Assembly: GCA_964012435.1 (NCBI GenBank)
Contig: CAXGSM010000002.1
Span: 19,952-83,951 of the forward strand
Direction of reading: 5' to 3'
Source: an uncultured bacterium
Lineage (GTDB): Bacteria > UBP7 > UBA6624
DNA: 64,000 nt
Under the pieces are notes generated by a model. That model worked only from the letters and a program-made list of their open reading frames with translations, searched no databases and was not told where the DNA came from. Below, one piece after another: positions 19,217 through 29,186 of the stretch. A program made the translations under genes and the position numbers. How positions within the stretch are numbered: position 1 is the stretch's first letter; every line of letters starts with the position of its first letter.

Positions 19217-22015
19217 ATGTCTAGAAATATATTTATACAAGGTGCAAAAATCCATAATTTAAAGAATATAAATGTTGAAATACTAGGCAATAAACTAACT
19301 GTTGTATCTGGCTTAAGCGGTTCTGGCAAATCTTCATTAGCGTTTGATACGCTTTACTCAGAGGGAAGAAGGCTGTATCTTGATAGTCTTTCAACTTATG
19401 CAAAACAATTTTTAGGAGATTTAAAAAAATCAAACATAGACAACATAGAAGGAATATCTCCAGCAATAGCAATAAATCAGGCACCTCTATCAAAAAACCC
19501 AAGATCAACAGTTGGAACAGCAACAGAATTATTGGATTTTTTAAGATTGCTTTATGGCAGAGCCGGAGTCCCCTACTGTCCAAAATCAAACAAAAAGGCT
19601 GTGTCGCAAAGCTCAGAATCAATTTTAAAAAAACTTTTAAACTATAAAAAGGGAACAAAATATATCATTTATGCGCCGATTGAAAGATCAAAAAAAGGAG
19701 AATTTCAAAACCTTATAACAGCTTTAAAAACTGAGGGATATTCAAGATTAAGAATTGATAAAAACATCTATAGACTTGATCAAAAAATCGAACTAGAAAA
19801 AAACAAAAGGCACGACATAGATCTTGTAATAGACAGGCTAATCGCAGGAGGTGATGAAAAAAGAATATCAAGATCAATAAAAACTGCTTTGGAAAAAGGA
19901 AAGGGGCAAATGATCGTTGAAAATTTATCCGAAAAAAAAGAAAAAACCTATAGTGAATTGTTCATCTCACCAGAAACTGGAGAAACTATACCTCCATTAA
20001 ACCCAAGATTTTTTTCTTTCAACTCTCCAGAAGGAGCTTGCAAAAAATGCAAAGGTATTGGCGTTATTGAACAGGTTGATATTGATGCATTAATAAATTG
20101 GAATGCAAGCTTGATTAATGGCGGCATAAAGGCTTTAAAAGAAAGACTTTTAGACAGATGGCATCAAGCTTCCGCAAGAGGAATCATGGAATCTTTTGGA
20201 GAAGATTCAACTAAAAAATTAAAAGATATTGATAAAAATATTTTAAATATTATCATTTTTGGATCTGGTGAAGAGAAAATTTCTTACATTATGAGTTCAA
20301 GAAGGGGTAAAAAATATCATTTCAACCATGTTGTTAAAGGGATATCAGCAGCACTTTGGAAAAAAATGTCAAACACAAAAAGCCCAAGCATCAAAAAAAG
20401 AGTACAAAAATATATATCTCAAAAAATATGCCCTAAATGCAAAGGGCAAAGGCTTAAAGATGCAGCATTAGCTGCACGTTTTGCTGAAATGAGCTTTTCA
20501 GAGCTCTCTCAAATGTCATTAAAACAAATGCATTCATGGGTCAAAAAAATTAAAATTCCAGCAACTGAAAAGCAGATTGCTGAACCTATATTAAAAGAAA
20601 TCAAAAATCGTCTTGATTTTTTAATTGAAGTTGGCGTTGGATATCTAGAAATAGACAGACTTTCTTCAACTTTATCCGGAGGGGAGTCAAAGAGAATAAA
20701 ACTAGCAAAGCAAATTGGAGGCAAAATGTCTGGTGTTCTTTATGTTCTTGATGAACCAACAATTGGCTTACACCCTAACGACACATCAAAATTAATAAAA
20801 TCATTAAAATCCCTAGTCGATTTAGGCAATACTGTAGTTGTTGTGGAGCATGACCCTGAAACAATAAAAAAAGCTGATGAATTGATTGAAATAGGTCCTG
20901 GAGCTGGAATTTTTGGTGGCAGTATCATTTATCAAGGTTCCCCAAAAGATGCTGTAACTAACAAAAAAAGCCTTATAGGGCCCTGGCTAAACAAAAAACT
21001 TCAAATAAAAAAGGCAAAACGAAAATTGCAAGCTGGAATAAAAATAAAAAAAGCAAAAGTTAATAATTTAAAAAATATATCAATTTCAATACCCTCTAAA
21101 GGCATGATTGTCCTATGCGGCCCTTCAGGATCAGGAAAAAGCAGTTTGCTTGAAGGGGTCATAAGCAATGGATATAAAGAAATAAAATCTCAAGAAAAAC
21201 TGTCAAATGAAATTGCTGAAAGAATTGACTCAATAGATATTTATGAGAAAGTTGAGCTAATAGACCAATCTCCAATAGGGAGAACCCCTAGAAGCAATCC
21301 TGCTACATATACTGACATATTCACAATAATAAGAAATATTTTTTCAAAAACACACGAATCTCAAAGCCAAGGCTACAATGCTGGATTTTTCTCATTTAAT
21401 GTCCCTGGTGGCAGATGTGAAGCCTGCAAAGGTAGCGGTTACCAAGAGGTAGAAATGCATTTTTTAGCTGATGTATCTGTAAAATGTGCTTCCTGCAATG
21501 GCGAAAGGTATGGAGAAGAAGGGCTTTCTGTAAAATATAAAGGACTGAATATATCTCAGGTACTAAACCTCTCAGTTGATGAGGCGAAAGATTTCTTTTC
21601 AGATGTTTCAATACTTAAAAAAAGACTTGAAATATTGTCAAAAGTTGGACTTGGCTATATATCTTTAGGTCAACCAGCTACAACTTTATCCGGAGGAGAG
21701 GCTCAGAGGCTAAAGTTATCAAAACATCTTGGAAAAAAAAGAAAAGGGAAATCGCTAATACTTCTAGACGAACCAACAACAGGACTTCATCCAAACGACA
21801 TAAGCAAGCTAATAAATGTATTTGACGAACTCATAGACCAAGGCAATACACTTATAGTAATAGAGCACAATTTACAAATCCTCTCTTACGCTGACTGGGT
21901 TATCGAAATGGGTAAAGAAGGCGGCAAGAAGGGGGGCGAGATTGTGTTTGAAGGAGATCTCGATGCCTTAAGGCAAGCAAGTACACTTACGTCAAAAGAG
22001 ATAAAAAAATGGTAA
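19217..22015 (+). CDS. uvrA: Excinuclease ABC subunit A
   Basis: GLSGSGKSSLAFDT, zinc fingers, LSGGE, LDEPTIGLH, GPSGSGKSS, QSPIGRTPRSNP. Confidence 0.98.
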   Translation: MSRNIFIQGAKIHNLKNINVEILGNKLTVVSGLSGSGKSSLAFDTLYSEGRRLYLDSLSTYAKQFLGDLKKSNIDNIEGISPAIAINQAPLSKNPRSTVGTATELLDFLRLLYGRAGVPYCPKSNKKAVSQSSESILKKLLNYKKGTKYIIYAPIERSKKGEFQNLITALKTEGYSRLRIDKNIYRLDQKIELEKNKRHDIDLVIDRLIAGGDEKRISRSIKTALEKGKGQMIVENLSEKKEKTYSELFISPETGETIPPLNPRFFSFNSPEGACKKCKGIGVIEQVDIDALINWNASLINGGIKALKERLLDRWHQASARGIMESFGEDSTKKLKDIDKNILNIIIFGSGEEKISYIMSSRRGKKYHFNHVVKGISAALWKKMSNTKSPSIKKRVQKYISQKICPKCKGQRLKDAALAARFAEMSFSELSQMSLKQMHSWVKKIKIPATEKQIAEPILKEIKNRLDFLIEVGVGYLEIDRLSSTLSGGESKRIKLAKQIGGKMSGVLYVLDEPTIGLHPNDTSKLIKSLKSLVDLGNTVVVVEHDPETIKKADELIEIGPGAGIFGGSIIYQGSPKDAVTNKKSLIGPWLNKKLQIKKAKRKLQAGIKIKKAKVNNLKNISISIPSKGMIVLCGPSGSGKSSLLEGVISNGYKEIKSQEKLSNEIAERIDSIDIYEKVELIDQSPIGRTPRSNPATYTDIFTIIRNIFSKTHESQSQGYNAGFFSFNVPGGRCEACKGSGYQEVEMHFLADVSVKCASCNGERYGEEGLSVKYKGLNISQVLNLSVDEAKDFFSDVSILKKRLEILSKVGLGYISLGQPATTLSGGEAQRLKLSKHLGKKRKGKSLILLDEPTTGLHPNDISKLINVFDELIDQGNTLIVIEHNLQILSYADWVIEMGKEGGKKGGEIVFEGDLDALRQASTLTSKEIKKW

Positions 22016-22016
22016 A

Positions 22017-23621
22017 GTGAACATTGCTGAAAAAATGAAAAAAAACATTTCAAACATTCCTAATCTTCCTGGAATTTATAAATTTATATCTAAAAAAAAT
22101 GAAATTTTATATATAGGAAAAGCAAAAAATCTTAAAAAAAGAATCAAAAGCTGGATACATAAAAAAAAAGAAAACAAAAAAGAAAAAATATTAATATCAT
22201 CAATCAACCAAATTGAATTCACAATCACAAAAAATGAAAACTCTGCGCTCATTCTCGAATCTCAAGAAATAAAATTACATAAACCTAAATTTAATGTTCT
22301 TTTGAAGGATGATAAAACATATCCGTATATAAGCATAATCAAAGACTCATATCCATATTTAAAAATTTCTAGAACAATCAATAAAAAACATACATACATT
22401 GGCCCTTTTTCCAACTCTAAATCAGTGAGGAAAACTATTTCATTCCTTGAAAGAAATTTTGGAATAAGACCCTGCAGATATGATCTAGAAAAAAAATCAA
22501 TAAAATCCTGTGTTTACTATCAAATGAAGCAATGCCCTGCTCCGTGCGAAAAAAAAATAGACAAAAAATCATATCAAGCAACTGTTAATTCAGCAGTAGA
22601 TTTTATAAATGGTAAAAAAAACAATATTTTTAAAATTCTCGAAAATCAGATGGCAGAAGCTTCAAATTTAAAAAGGTATGAGCTGGCAGCGCAATACAGA
22701 GACAGAATCATTAGTCTAAAATCAATTGTAAAAGCAAAAAAAGACAGTCTCAAAACAGATGTAAATTCTGATTTAATACTATTGATCGAAAATGATTCAA
22801 ATACTTTATTCAGTATACTTAAAATCAGAAATGGAAGAGTGTTTGACCCGCTCAAATACACGGTCAAAAACCCAATACTAAAAAGTTATGAAAGTGTTTT
22901 CATTAAGGCGATAGAGCAATATTATGCACAAAATAATATTCCAAAAAAAATAATCATCAACCCAGGTTTAAAACATATTAGAGCCTTAAAAGAAATACCT
23001 ATGTTTTCAAAAACAAAGATAAGAACTCCATTTTTCAAATGGGAAAAAGAAAAAATGAATGAACTGTATAAAAATACACTGATCAAAAAAAATAAACTAA
23101 ATAAAAATAATCAAAAATCTTTAAATGAACTTGCTGAAAAAATAGATCTTGGTTATCCTCCAAAATATATTGAGGGTTTTGATGTATCAAATCTTATGGG
23201 TGAAAATGCAGTAGCAAGTCAAGTCTGTTATAAAAATGGCAAATATGAAAAAAAATTAACAAGAAATTACATAATCAAATCAATTAAAAGCATAGATGAT
23301 CCACGAATGATTGCCGAAGTGATATCCAGAAGATGCAAGCAAATTATCAATAATGGAAAACAGCCAGATTTAATACTTGTCGATGGGGGAATCACTCAAT
23401 TAAAGTCAACCGTAAAAACACTTAAAGAACATTTTTTAAATATACCTGTCGTAAGTATTGCAAAAAAATTTGAAAAAATTTACTCAGGAGAAACTTTGAA
23501 AGAGGTAAGGATGCAAAAAAACTCACCGGCTCATAATTTATTAATAAAAATAAGAAACGATGCTCATAGAGTTGCTTTACGACACCATAGGAAATTAAGA
23601 AAAAAGAATACTTTTATTTGA
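22017..23621 (+). CDS. uvrC: Excinuclease ABC subunit C (no C-terminal HhH domain)
   Basis: GIY-YIG (PGIY...YIGKAKNL), Cys cluster, UVR coil (YELAAQYRD), IEGFDVS, DLILVDGG..Q, AHR. Confidence 0.95.
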   Translation: MNIAEKMKKNISNIPNLPGIYKFISKKNEILYIGKAKNLKKRIKSWIHKKKENKKEKILISSINQIEFTITKNENSALILESQEIKLHKPKFNVLLKDDKTYPYISIIKDSYPYLKISRTINKKHTYIGPFSNSKSVRKTISFLERNFGIRPCRYDLEKKSIKSCVYYQMKQCPAPCEKKIDKKSYQATVNSAVDFINGKKNNIFKILENQMAEASNLKRYELAAQYRDRIISLKSIVKAKKDSLKTDVNSDLILLIENDSNTLFSILKIRNGRVFDPLKYTVKNPILKSYESVFIKAIEQYYAQNNIPKKIIINPGLKHIRALKEIPMFSKTKIRTPFFKWEKEKMNELYKNTLIKKNKLNKNNQKSLNELAEKIDLGYPPKYIEGFDVSNLMGENAVASQVCYKNGKYEKKLTRNYIIKSIKSIDDPRMIAEVISRRCKQIINNGKQPDLILVDGGITQLKSTVKTLKEHFLNIPVVSIAKKFEKIYSGETLKEVRMQKNSPAHNLLIKIRNDAHRVALRHHRKLRKKNTFI

Positions 23622-24726
23622 TTTGGAAAACAAGACCGCACTTTTCAAGTCTTCTCAATATAATTTTTGAAGGAAGGTCAGCTTCATGCTTTAAAACACC
23701 TGCTTTCAACTTGTCTCGCATTGCCAATCTTGCTATCTCAGCAGCAGGAAAGCCGGTAGCTCTTTCCATTGATGTTAAACCTGTCACTGGATCATTTTGA
23801 TCTATTAATAAAATTTCCATTTTTGATTTGTCTCCACTTACCTTAACAAGAAGAACAACCAAGTCCTCTTTTGAAGTTGGAATTTTTTCTCCGAGCTTTT
23901 CTTCTGCAGAAGCTAAAGCATCTTCTTGCCAATTCGTTTCAAAAAAACCTTCTTTTTTCCATCTGAACATTAAATCCCAATGACCAGGCCATCTTAATGT
24001 TTTATATTTATAACTATTTAAGATACCATGAAAAGTATTTGCTGAAGTGCTTATTCCTCCCCTTGTAAGTGAAGCTTCAAGCTTGCCTATTTTATCTATT
24101 TTGACTTCTTCTTTTCCATCTAGACATTCTCTGATTCTTAATTCACCTTCCTCTAGAATGGTTTCACATCCAGAATATTCGTTCAAAAGTCCTTCAGCAG
24201 CAAAAAACAAATAATGCTTAAATTTATTTTCTAATGGTTCTTTTGGCAATCCCCCACAAAAAATACTTACATCCTTTGCATCATCTACTCTAGATAAACC
24301 ATAAGAAGCGAGAAGCTGCCCTAACCCAGGGGCTAGCCCACAATCAGGCACGATAGCGACACCTTGCTCTAACGCTTCTTGGTTCATATCATGCTGTAAT
24401 GCAACAACATCAGGGTTACCTCCAAGGTCAACATAGTGCATATTGTTTGATATTGCATATTTTGTTAACTTTTGTGAAAACATGTATGAAGCTGAATTTA
24501 CTATGGCATCAGGCTTATACATCAAAACCCAATCATCAGGATTAGATGCATCTAATGCTTGAAATTGTATGCTTGCACTTTCAGGCAGGTGTTTGTTGGA
24601 GAAATTAATAAAATCAGCAATTTTTTCTGAATCATTATCTGCAAGAATTATCTCATGATCAAAAGACAAATTATAAGCAATTGCCCTCCCCTGTCTGCCT
24701 GCTCCCAATATCAAAACTCTTGCCAT
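23614..24726 (-). CDS. Saccharopine dehydrogenase / lysine 6-dehydrogenase family oxidoreductase
   Basis: VLILGAGRQG, YVDLGG, PDCGLAPG, CGGLP, YKTLRWPGH, TSMERATG. Confidence 0.88.
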   Translation of the reverse strand: MARVLILGAGRQGRAIAYNLSFDHEIILADNDSEKIADFINFSNKHLPESASIQFQALDASNPDDWVLMYKPDAIVNSASYMFSQKLTKYAISNNMHYVDLGGNPDVVALQHDMNQEALEQGVAIVPDCGLAPGLGQLLASYGLSRVDDAKDVSIFCGGLPKEPLENKFKHYLFFAAEGLLNEYSGCETILEEGELRIRECLDGKEEVKIDKIGKLEASLTRGGISTSANTFHGILNSYKYKTLRWPGHWDLMFRWKKEGFFETNWQEDALASAEEKLGEKIPTSKEDLVVLLVKVSGDKSKMEILLIDQNDPVTGLTSMERATGFPAAEIARLAMRDKLKAGVLKHEADLPSKIILRRLEKCGLVFQIK

Positions 24727-24806
24727 CTACACAAATCATACCAACCAGTAACAAAGATTAGGTTTTAGAATTGAATTAAAATTAAGTAACAATAGGAGTA
24801 AAAAAA

Positions 24807-25889
24807 ATGTCTTTAATCTCTTTGGCAATGCTAACAGATCCAAAATGGGGAGAGTTCTTGTCTAATTTTATTATCTATCCCTTTGCAGGATGGTTTATCG
24901 GTGTAATACTATTGGGTCTTTTTCATAAGAAGCTAACCTCTTACCTTGAAGGTAAAGGTAAAAAAGAAGCTGAAAAAACTGTAAAGGGTATAGAGAAGCC
25001 TTTATCTTGGCTCATCATTATTCTTGCAACAGAAAAAGGCTGGAACGATCAACAGGGCTCACTACAGCTAACTGAACTTACCGAGACAATAGAAAAAATA
25101 TTCTTTGTAATTATCGCAATAGCTATTGCAAGTTCAACAAAACATATTGTTAATTTTATTTTTGCATCTGTCCTTGAGCCTATTGCTGAGAAAAGTAAAG
25201 GAAAAATTGATGATCAAATTATTGCAGTTTTAAAAAATTCTTCTGGTGGGCTAGTTTGGATAGTGGCATTTGTTGTCATTATTAGTGGTCTTGGCTACGA
25301 TGTTATGGGCCTTGTTGCTGGACTTGGTATAGGAGGTCTTGCATTTGCACTTGCAGCAAAAGATACATTGTCTCAAGCTTTTGGAGGGATAGTTTTATTT
25401 ATGGATAGACCATTTGAGGTTGGGGATTCAGTTGAAATAGATGGGGTTAGAGGTGATGTTGAGGAAATAGGATTGAGGTCAACAAAACTAAGAGGCTTAG
25501 ACAAAACTGCAATCATAATACCTAATGCAACAGTCTCATCTGCAACAATAACTAACAGAAGCAGACGTTCAGGTTTTAGACAGGAAGTTGTCTTAGGGCT
25601 TGTTTACAACACATCATTTGATCTTATAAATAAAGCAAAAGAAACACTTGAAACAATAATAAAAAAACATCCTGAAACGCAAGATAAATGCTGGGTTAAC
25701 CTTCTAGAGTTTGGTGACTCTTCATTAAATCTTGAAGTTGTTTACTGGATCAGAAAAAAATCAGGAGGTGACCTTAGAAAAGTTAGGCATGAGGTGAATA
25801 TGACAATACTTCAAGAATTCAATAATTTAAACCTTGAATTTGCCTTCCCAACAACAACGATTGATTGGAATCCTCCAAAAAAAGATTAA
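24807..25889 (+). CDS. Small-conductance mechanosensitive channel (MscS family)
   Basis: AGLGIGGLAFALAAKD, DRPFEVGD, VEEIGLRST, IPN, FGDSSLN, FAFPT; SD AGGAG. Confidence 0.94.
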   Translation: MSLISLAMLTDPKWGEFLSNFIIYPFAGWFIGVILLGLFHKKLTSYLEGKGKKEAEKTVKGIEKPLSWLIIILATEKGWNDQQGSLQLTELTETIEKIFFVIIAIAIASSTKHIVNFIFASVLEPIAEKSKGKIDDQIIAVLKNSSGGLVWIVAFVVIISGLGYDVMGLVAGLGIGGLAFALAAKDTLSQAFGGIVLFMDRPFEVGDSVEIDGVRGDVEEIGLRSTKLRGLDKTAIIIPNATVSSATITNRSRRSGFRQEVVLGLVYNTSFDLINKAKETLETIIKKHPETQDKCWVNLLEFGDSSLNLEVVYWIRKKSGGDLRKVRHEVNMTILQEFNNLNLEFAFPTTTIDWNPPKKD

Positions 25890-26539
25890 TGAAATTATTT
25901 TTTGGATTATATTTTTTGCTTTTTGTAGCAGCTCCAAAAGAAGAAGCGTCATTGATCTTAAAGCCATTAATAGAAGCTTATATTGAATTTGAAGGCAGTC
26001 CTCCAAGCAATTGTGAAGAGATGAGAAGATCTCCTGCTTTTTTTATCACGTTGAAAAATAATGCAGGCCAGATTCTTGGTTGTAAAAATTTAAAATCAAA
26101 ACCAGTGGAAGGTGCAGGATTTTCAAAATGGGGTATATTTTCAAGTAATGAAACAAAAACAATTAGCTATTTTTCAGAAAAAATAAAACTTTTTGAAAAG
26201 CCAGAAAGACAGCAGTGGGAAAAAATTCCACTGGGTCAAGCTTTTGCTAGACTCTTAGGCAAGGCTAAAAGAATATGGAGAATTGAAAAAAATGGAAATC
26301 ATCCTCAATTCCAAGATCTAAAATCATTTGGAGGGAATTTGCTGGGTAAATCAATTCCTCATGGCGTTTGGAAAAATGGAACATTGGCAGAAGGGTCAAT
26401 AGAAGGAACTTTGGAAGATGCAATATCTAGATTTGATAAAAATTTACCAGGCTGGATAATAGATATTAAAAATAACTGGGTTTATGAAGTGAAGATTGCT
26501 GATGAAAAAACAGAAATTTCATTTTTTTCCTTGGATTAA
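25889..26539 (+). CDS. Hypothetical exported protein
   Basis: TAATG coupling to the mscS-family gene; hydrophobic signal-like N terminus MKLFFGLYFLLFVAA; no recognised family. Confidence 0.6.
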   Translation: MKLFFGLYFLLFVAAPKEEASLILKPLIEAYIEFEGSPPSNCEEMRRSPAFFITLKNNAGQILGCKNLKSKPVEGAGFSKWGIFSSNETKTISYFSEKIKLFEKPERQQWEKIPLGQAFARLLGKAKRIWRIEKNGNHPQFQDLKSFGGNLLGKSIPHGVWKNGTLAEGSIEGTLEDAISRFDKNLPGWIIDIKNNWVYEVKIADEKTEISFFSLD

Positions 26540-26541
26540 TA

Positions 26542-27909
26542 ATGATTGAAAAAAAAATCAAAAAACATATACCTAAAAAAATATTTGAACTTGATGAAGT
26601 TTGGATTGTTGGCGGCGCAATAAGAGAAGCCTTATCGGATCAAAACAATCTCATAACAGAAATTGACATAGCATCAAATGCAAAGAATAAAAAAAAAATA
26701 GAACAAATATTTCAAAAAAAATATGGCAATTTTCATAAAATCAACAAAAAATTAAAAACTGTAAGATTTCAAAATGAAAAAATCAATATTGATATTACTT
26801 ATTTTGAACAATCAATAAAAGATGACCTTTTAAGGAGAGATTTTAAAATGAATGCAATTGCATGGAATGACAAAAAAGGATTCTATGACCCCTTAAATGG
26901 ATTGGAGGATATAAAAAATAAAGAAATTTCAAGCTGTACAGTTAATTCAATAAAAGATGACCCAATCCGAATTCTTAGAGCTTTCAGATTTGCAACGAAA
27001 AATAGCTTTTCACTAAGTGAAAATCTAAAAAATGAAATAAATAAATATAAAAATTTATTAAAAAAATGTGCTGGAGAAAGGATCCATAATGAAATAAAAA
27101 AAGGATTCAAGCTAAATCCTCACAAGTTTGCAAATCTGATGGTAAAAACAAATATTTTAGAAATTATTTTTGACGAATGGAAACATACAAAAAAATGCAA
27201 AGCTAATCAGGATTCAAAGATAACCGTTGAAGAACATTCACTAAAAGCTTTAAAGAAATTTCAAGAGGTTACTCTAGAGTTTAATCATTATTATCCGAAG
27301 TGGTCAAAACATATTGCAAATGAAAAAAAATGTAAATGGTGGTTTTACCTCTCAGTCTTATTTCATGATATTGGAAAGCCTAGAACAGCAATTATCCAAA
27401 ATCAAAAGATGACATATCCAAAACATGCTCAAATTGGATTTTCTTTAATAGAAAAAAATCTTGAAGAACTAAGGTTTTCAAATGAAGAAAAAAAAGGTAT
27501 ACAAGAAACTATATCTGGCCACTTAAGAGTTTCACAAATATCAAACAATAATGAGAATCCAACAAAAAAAGCAATGAATAGATTTTTCAGAACCTTCAAA
27601 GAAAATTCTATTTTCATGATATTGTTAGATTTTTCTGATGCGAATGCCTACCCGGCAAAAATAAAAAAACAAATATTGACGGAAAAGCATTTAAAAATTC
27701 ATGATATTCTTTTTGACGCATTTTTCCTTAAGCAAAATGAAATCTTGCCAGAACCATTGCTTAATGGCTCAGACCTTATGGATATAGGTTACCCTGAAGG
27801 GCCTTTGATAGGAAAAACGTTAAAAAAAATAAAAAATCTTCAAATCAATGACAAAATCACCAATCAAAAAGATGCTTTGAACTATGCAACAAAGGAATTA
27901 AACACTTAA
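26542..27909 (+). CDS. Class II tRNA nucleotidyltransferase with HD domain (probably CC-adding)
   Basis: VGGAIRE...EID, DDLLRRDFKMNA, DPLNG, DDPIRILRAFRF, HDIGKP, LLNGSDL..G...GP. Confidence 0.88.
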   Translation: MIEKKIKKHIPKKIFELDEVWIVGGAIREALSDQNNLITEIDIASNAKNKKKIEQIFQKKYGNFHKINKKLKTVRFQNEKINIDITYFEQSIKDDLLRRDFKMNAIAWNDKKGFYDPLNGLEDIKNKEISSCTVNSIKDDPIRILRAFRFATKNSFSLSENLKNEINKYKNLLKKCAGERIHNEIKKGFKLNPHKFANLMVKTNILEIIFDEWKHTKKCKANQDSKITVEEHSLKALKKFQEVTLEFNHYYPKWSKHIANEKKCKWWFYLSVLFHDIGKPRTAIIQNQKMTYPKHAQIGFSLIEKNLEELRFSNEEKKGIQETISGHLRVSQISNNNENPTKKAMNRFFRTFKENSIFMILLDFSDANAYPAKIKKQILTEKHLKIHDILFDAFFLKQNEILPEPLLNGSDLMDIGYPEGPLIGKTLKKIKNLQINDKITNQKDALNYATKELNT

Positions 27910-28793
27910 TGATAGAAGTTATTCTTGGTGTTGTTCTTCTTGTTTTTGGTGGAGATATGGCTATTAATGCTGCAGATAAAATTTCTAAAAAATTTGGCAT
28001 ATCAAATTTAACAATTGGTCTATCTTTAATTGCAATCATGACGAGCCTGCCAGAATTATTCACAAATATTGCAAGCGGCATGCAAAAGGAAGGAAATATA
28101 GCTTTAGGCAATGTTTATGGAAGCAATGCTTCTAATGCGCTACTAATAGGAGCAATAGCATTATTTTTTGGAACGCATGAAAAAGAATACAAGAAGATTA
28201 GCAATTATCTCGCAATTGCAGCTCCAGCAATACTATACATATTTTGCTTAAATTCAGAGATAAGCCAAACGGAATCTTTCATTTTGCTTTTGACTTATAT
28301 ATTGTTTTCAAAAACATTATTCCCTGGAAAAAAAACAGCAAAAAATAAAAAAAGAATAGTAGATTTCAAAATATTTGCCCAGATAGCAATATCCATTTTT
28401 TTACTTTGGAAAGGTGGAGATATAGCTGTAAGTGGAGCGATAAAACTTGCTGGACAATTTGGTTGGTCTGAAGTTTTTTCAGGATTAATCCTTGGTTTTG
28501 GAACAAGCCTGCCAGAATTAACAGTGACTTTTGCTGCTGTTAAGAAAAAAAATCTGGCAATCATATCTGGAAACCTGATTGGATCAAATATTATGAATCC
28601 ATTAGTTGCAATGCCTTTTTCTACAATTTCAGGAAATCTTCATGTTGCAAATAATGAAAAAATGGCATGGTGGGCAATATTAGGAACAATTATTTATATC
28701 TTTGGAACAACCCAGAATAAAAAAAATAAAAAAATTATTGCAAGTCTTTCGTTTTGTATGTTCCTGTGGATTATCCTTTCTTATTCAGGTTAA
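27909..28793 (+). CDS. Calcium/sodium antiporter (YrbG/CaCA family)
   Basis: Two alpha-repeats: TSLPEL...GNVYGSN and GTSLPEL...GNLIGSN. Confidence 0.9.
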   Translation: MIEVILGVVLLVFGGDMAINAADKISKKFGISNLTIGLSLIAIMTSLPELFTNIASGMQKEGNIALGNVYGSNASNALLIGAIALFFGTHEKEYKKISNYLAIAAPAILYIFCLNSEISQTESFILLLTYILFSKTLFPGKKTAKNKKRIVDFKIFAQIAISIFLLWKGGDIAVSGAIKLAGQFGWSEVFSGLILGFGTSLPELTVTFAAVKKKNLAIISGNLIGSNIMNPLVAMPFSTISGNLHVANNEKMAWWAILGTIIYIFGTTQNKKNKKIIASLSFCMFLWIILSYSG

Positions 28794-28796
28794 AAA

Positions 28797-29186
28797 TCAA
28801 TCTAAAAGACGATCCTGATATTCCTTTTTCTTTAAAGCAATTTTAAGTATTAGTTCGGCTGATTTCCTATTTCTTTCATCAGTATCAAGACTCCTGTCGG
28901 TAGTTAATCTCTCATCAACAAAAAAAACCTCAAAACCTTTTTTTGTTAAATTTTTAGCTATTGATTTAATGTGTATAGACATGTCTGAATCACCACCACT
29001 CATCCTTACAGGTAGACCTATTGCAATTAAATCAACATCATTATCAGAGGCCTCGTTACATATTAGTCCCGAGGAAGAATTTAATATCTTTTTTGTCCAG
29101 CTTTTTATTACAAATTTTCGACTTGAATCAGACAAGGCAAAACCATGAAATTTTGTGCCGACATCACAAGAAATAATTTTTTTCAC
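28797..29186 (-). CDS. ruvX: RuvX/YqgF RNase H-like nuclease (pre-16S rRNA maturation)
   Basis: CDVGTK..GFALSD, IGLP, VDERLTT; directly downstream of alaS. Confidence 0.85.
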   Translation of the reverse strand: MKKIISCDVGTKFHGFALSDSSRKFVIKSWTKKILNSSSGLICNEASDNDVDLIAIGLPVRMSGGDSDMSIHIKSIAKNLTKKGFEVFFVDERLTTDRSLDTDERNRKSAELILKIALKKKEYQDRLLD

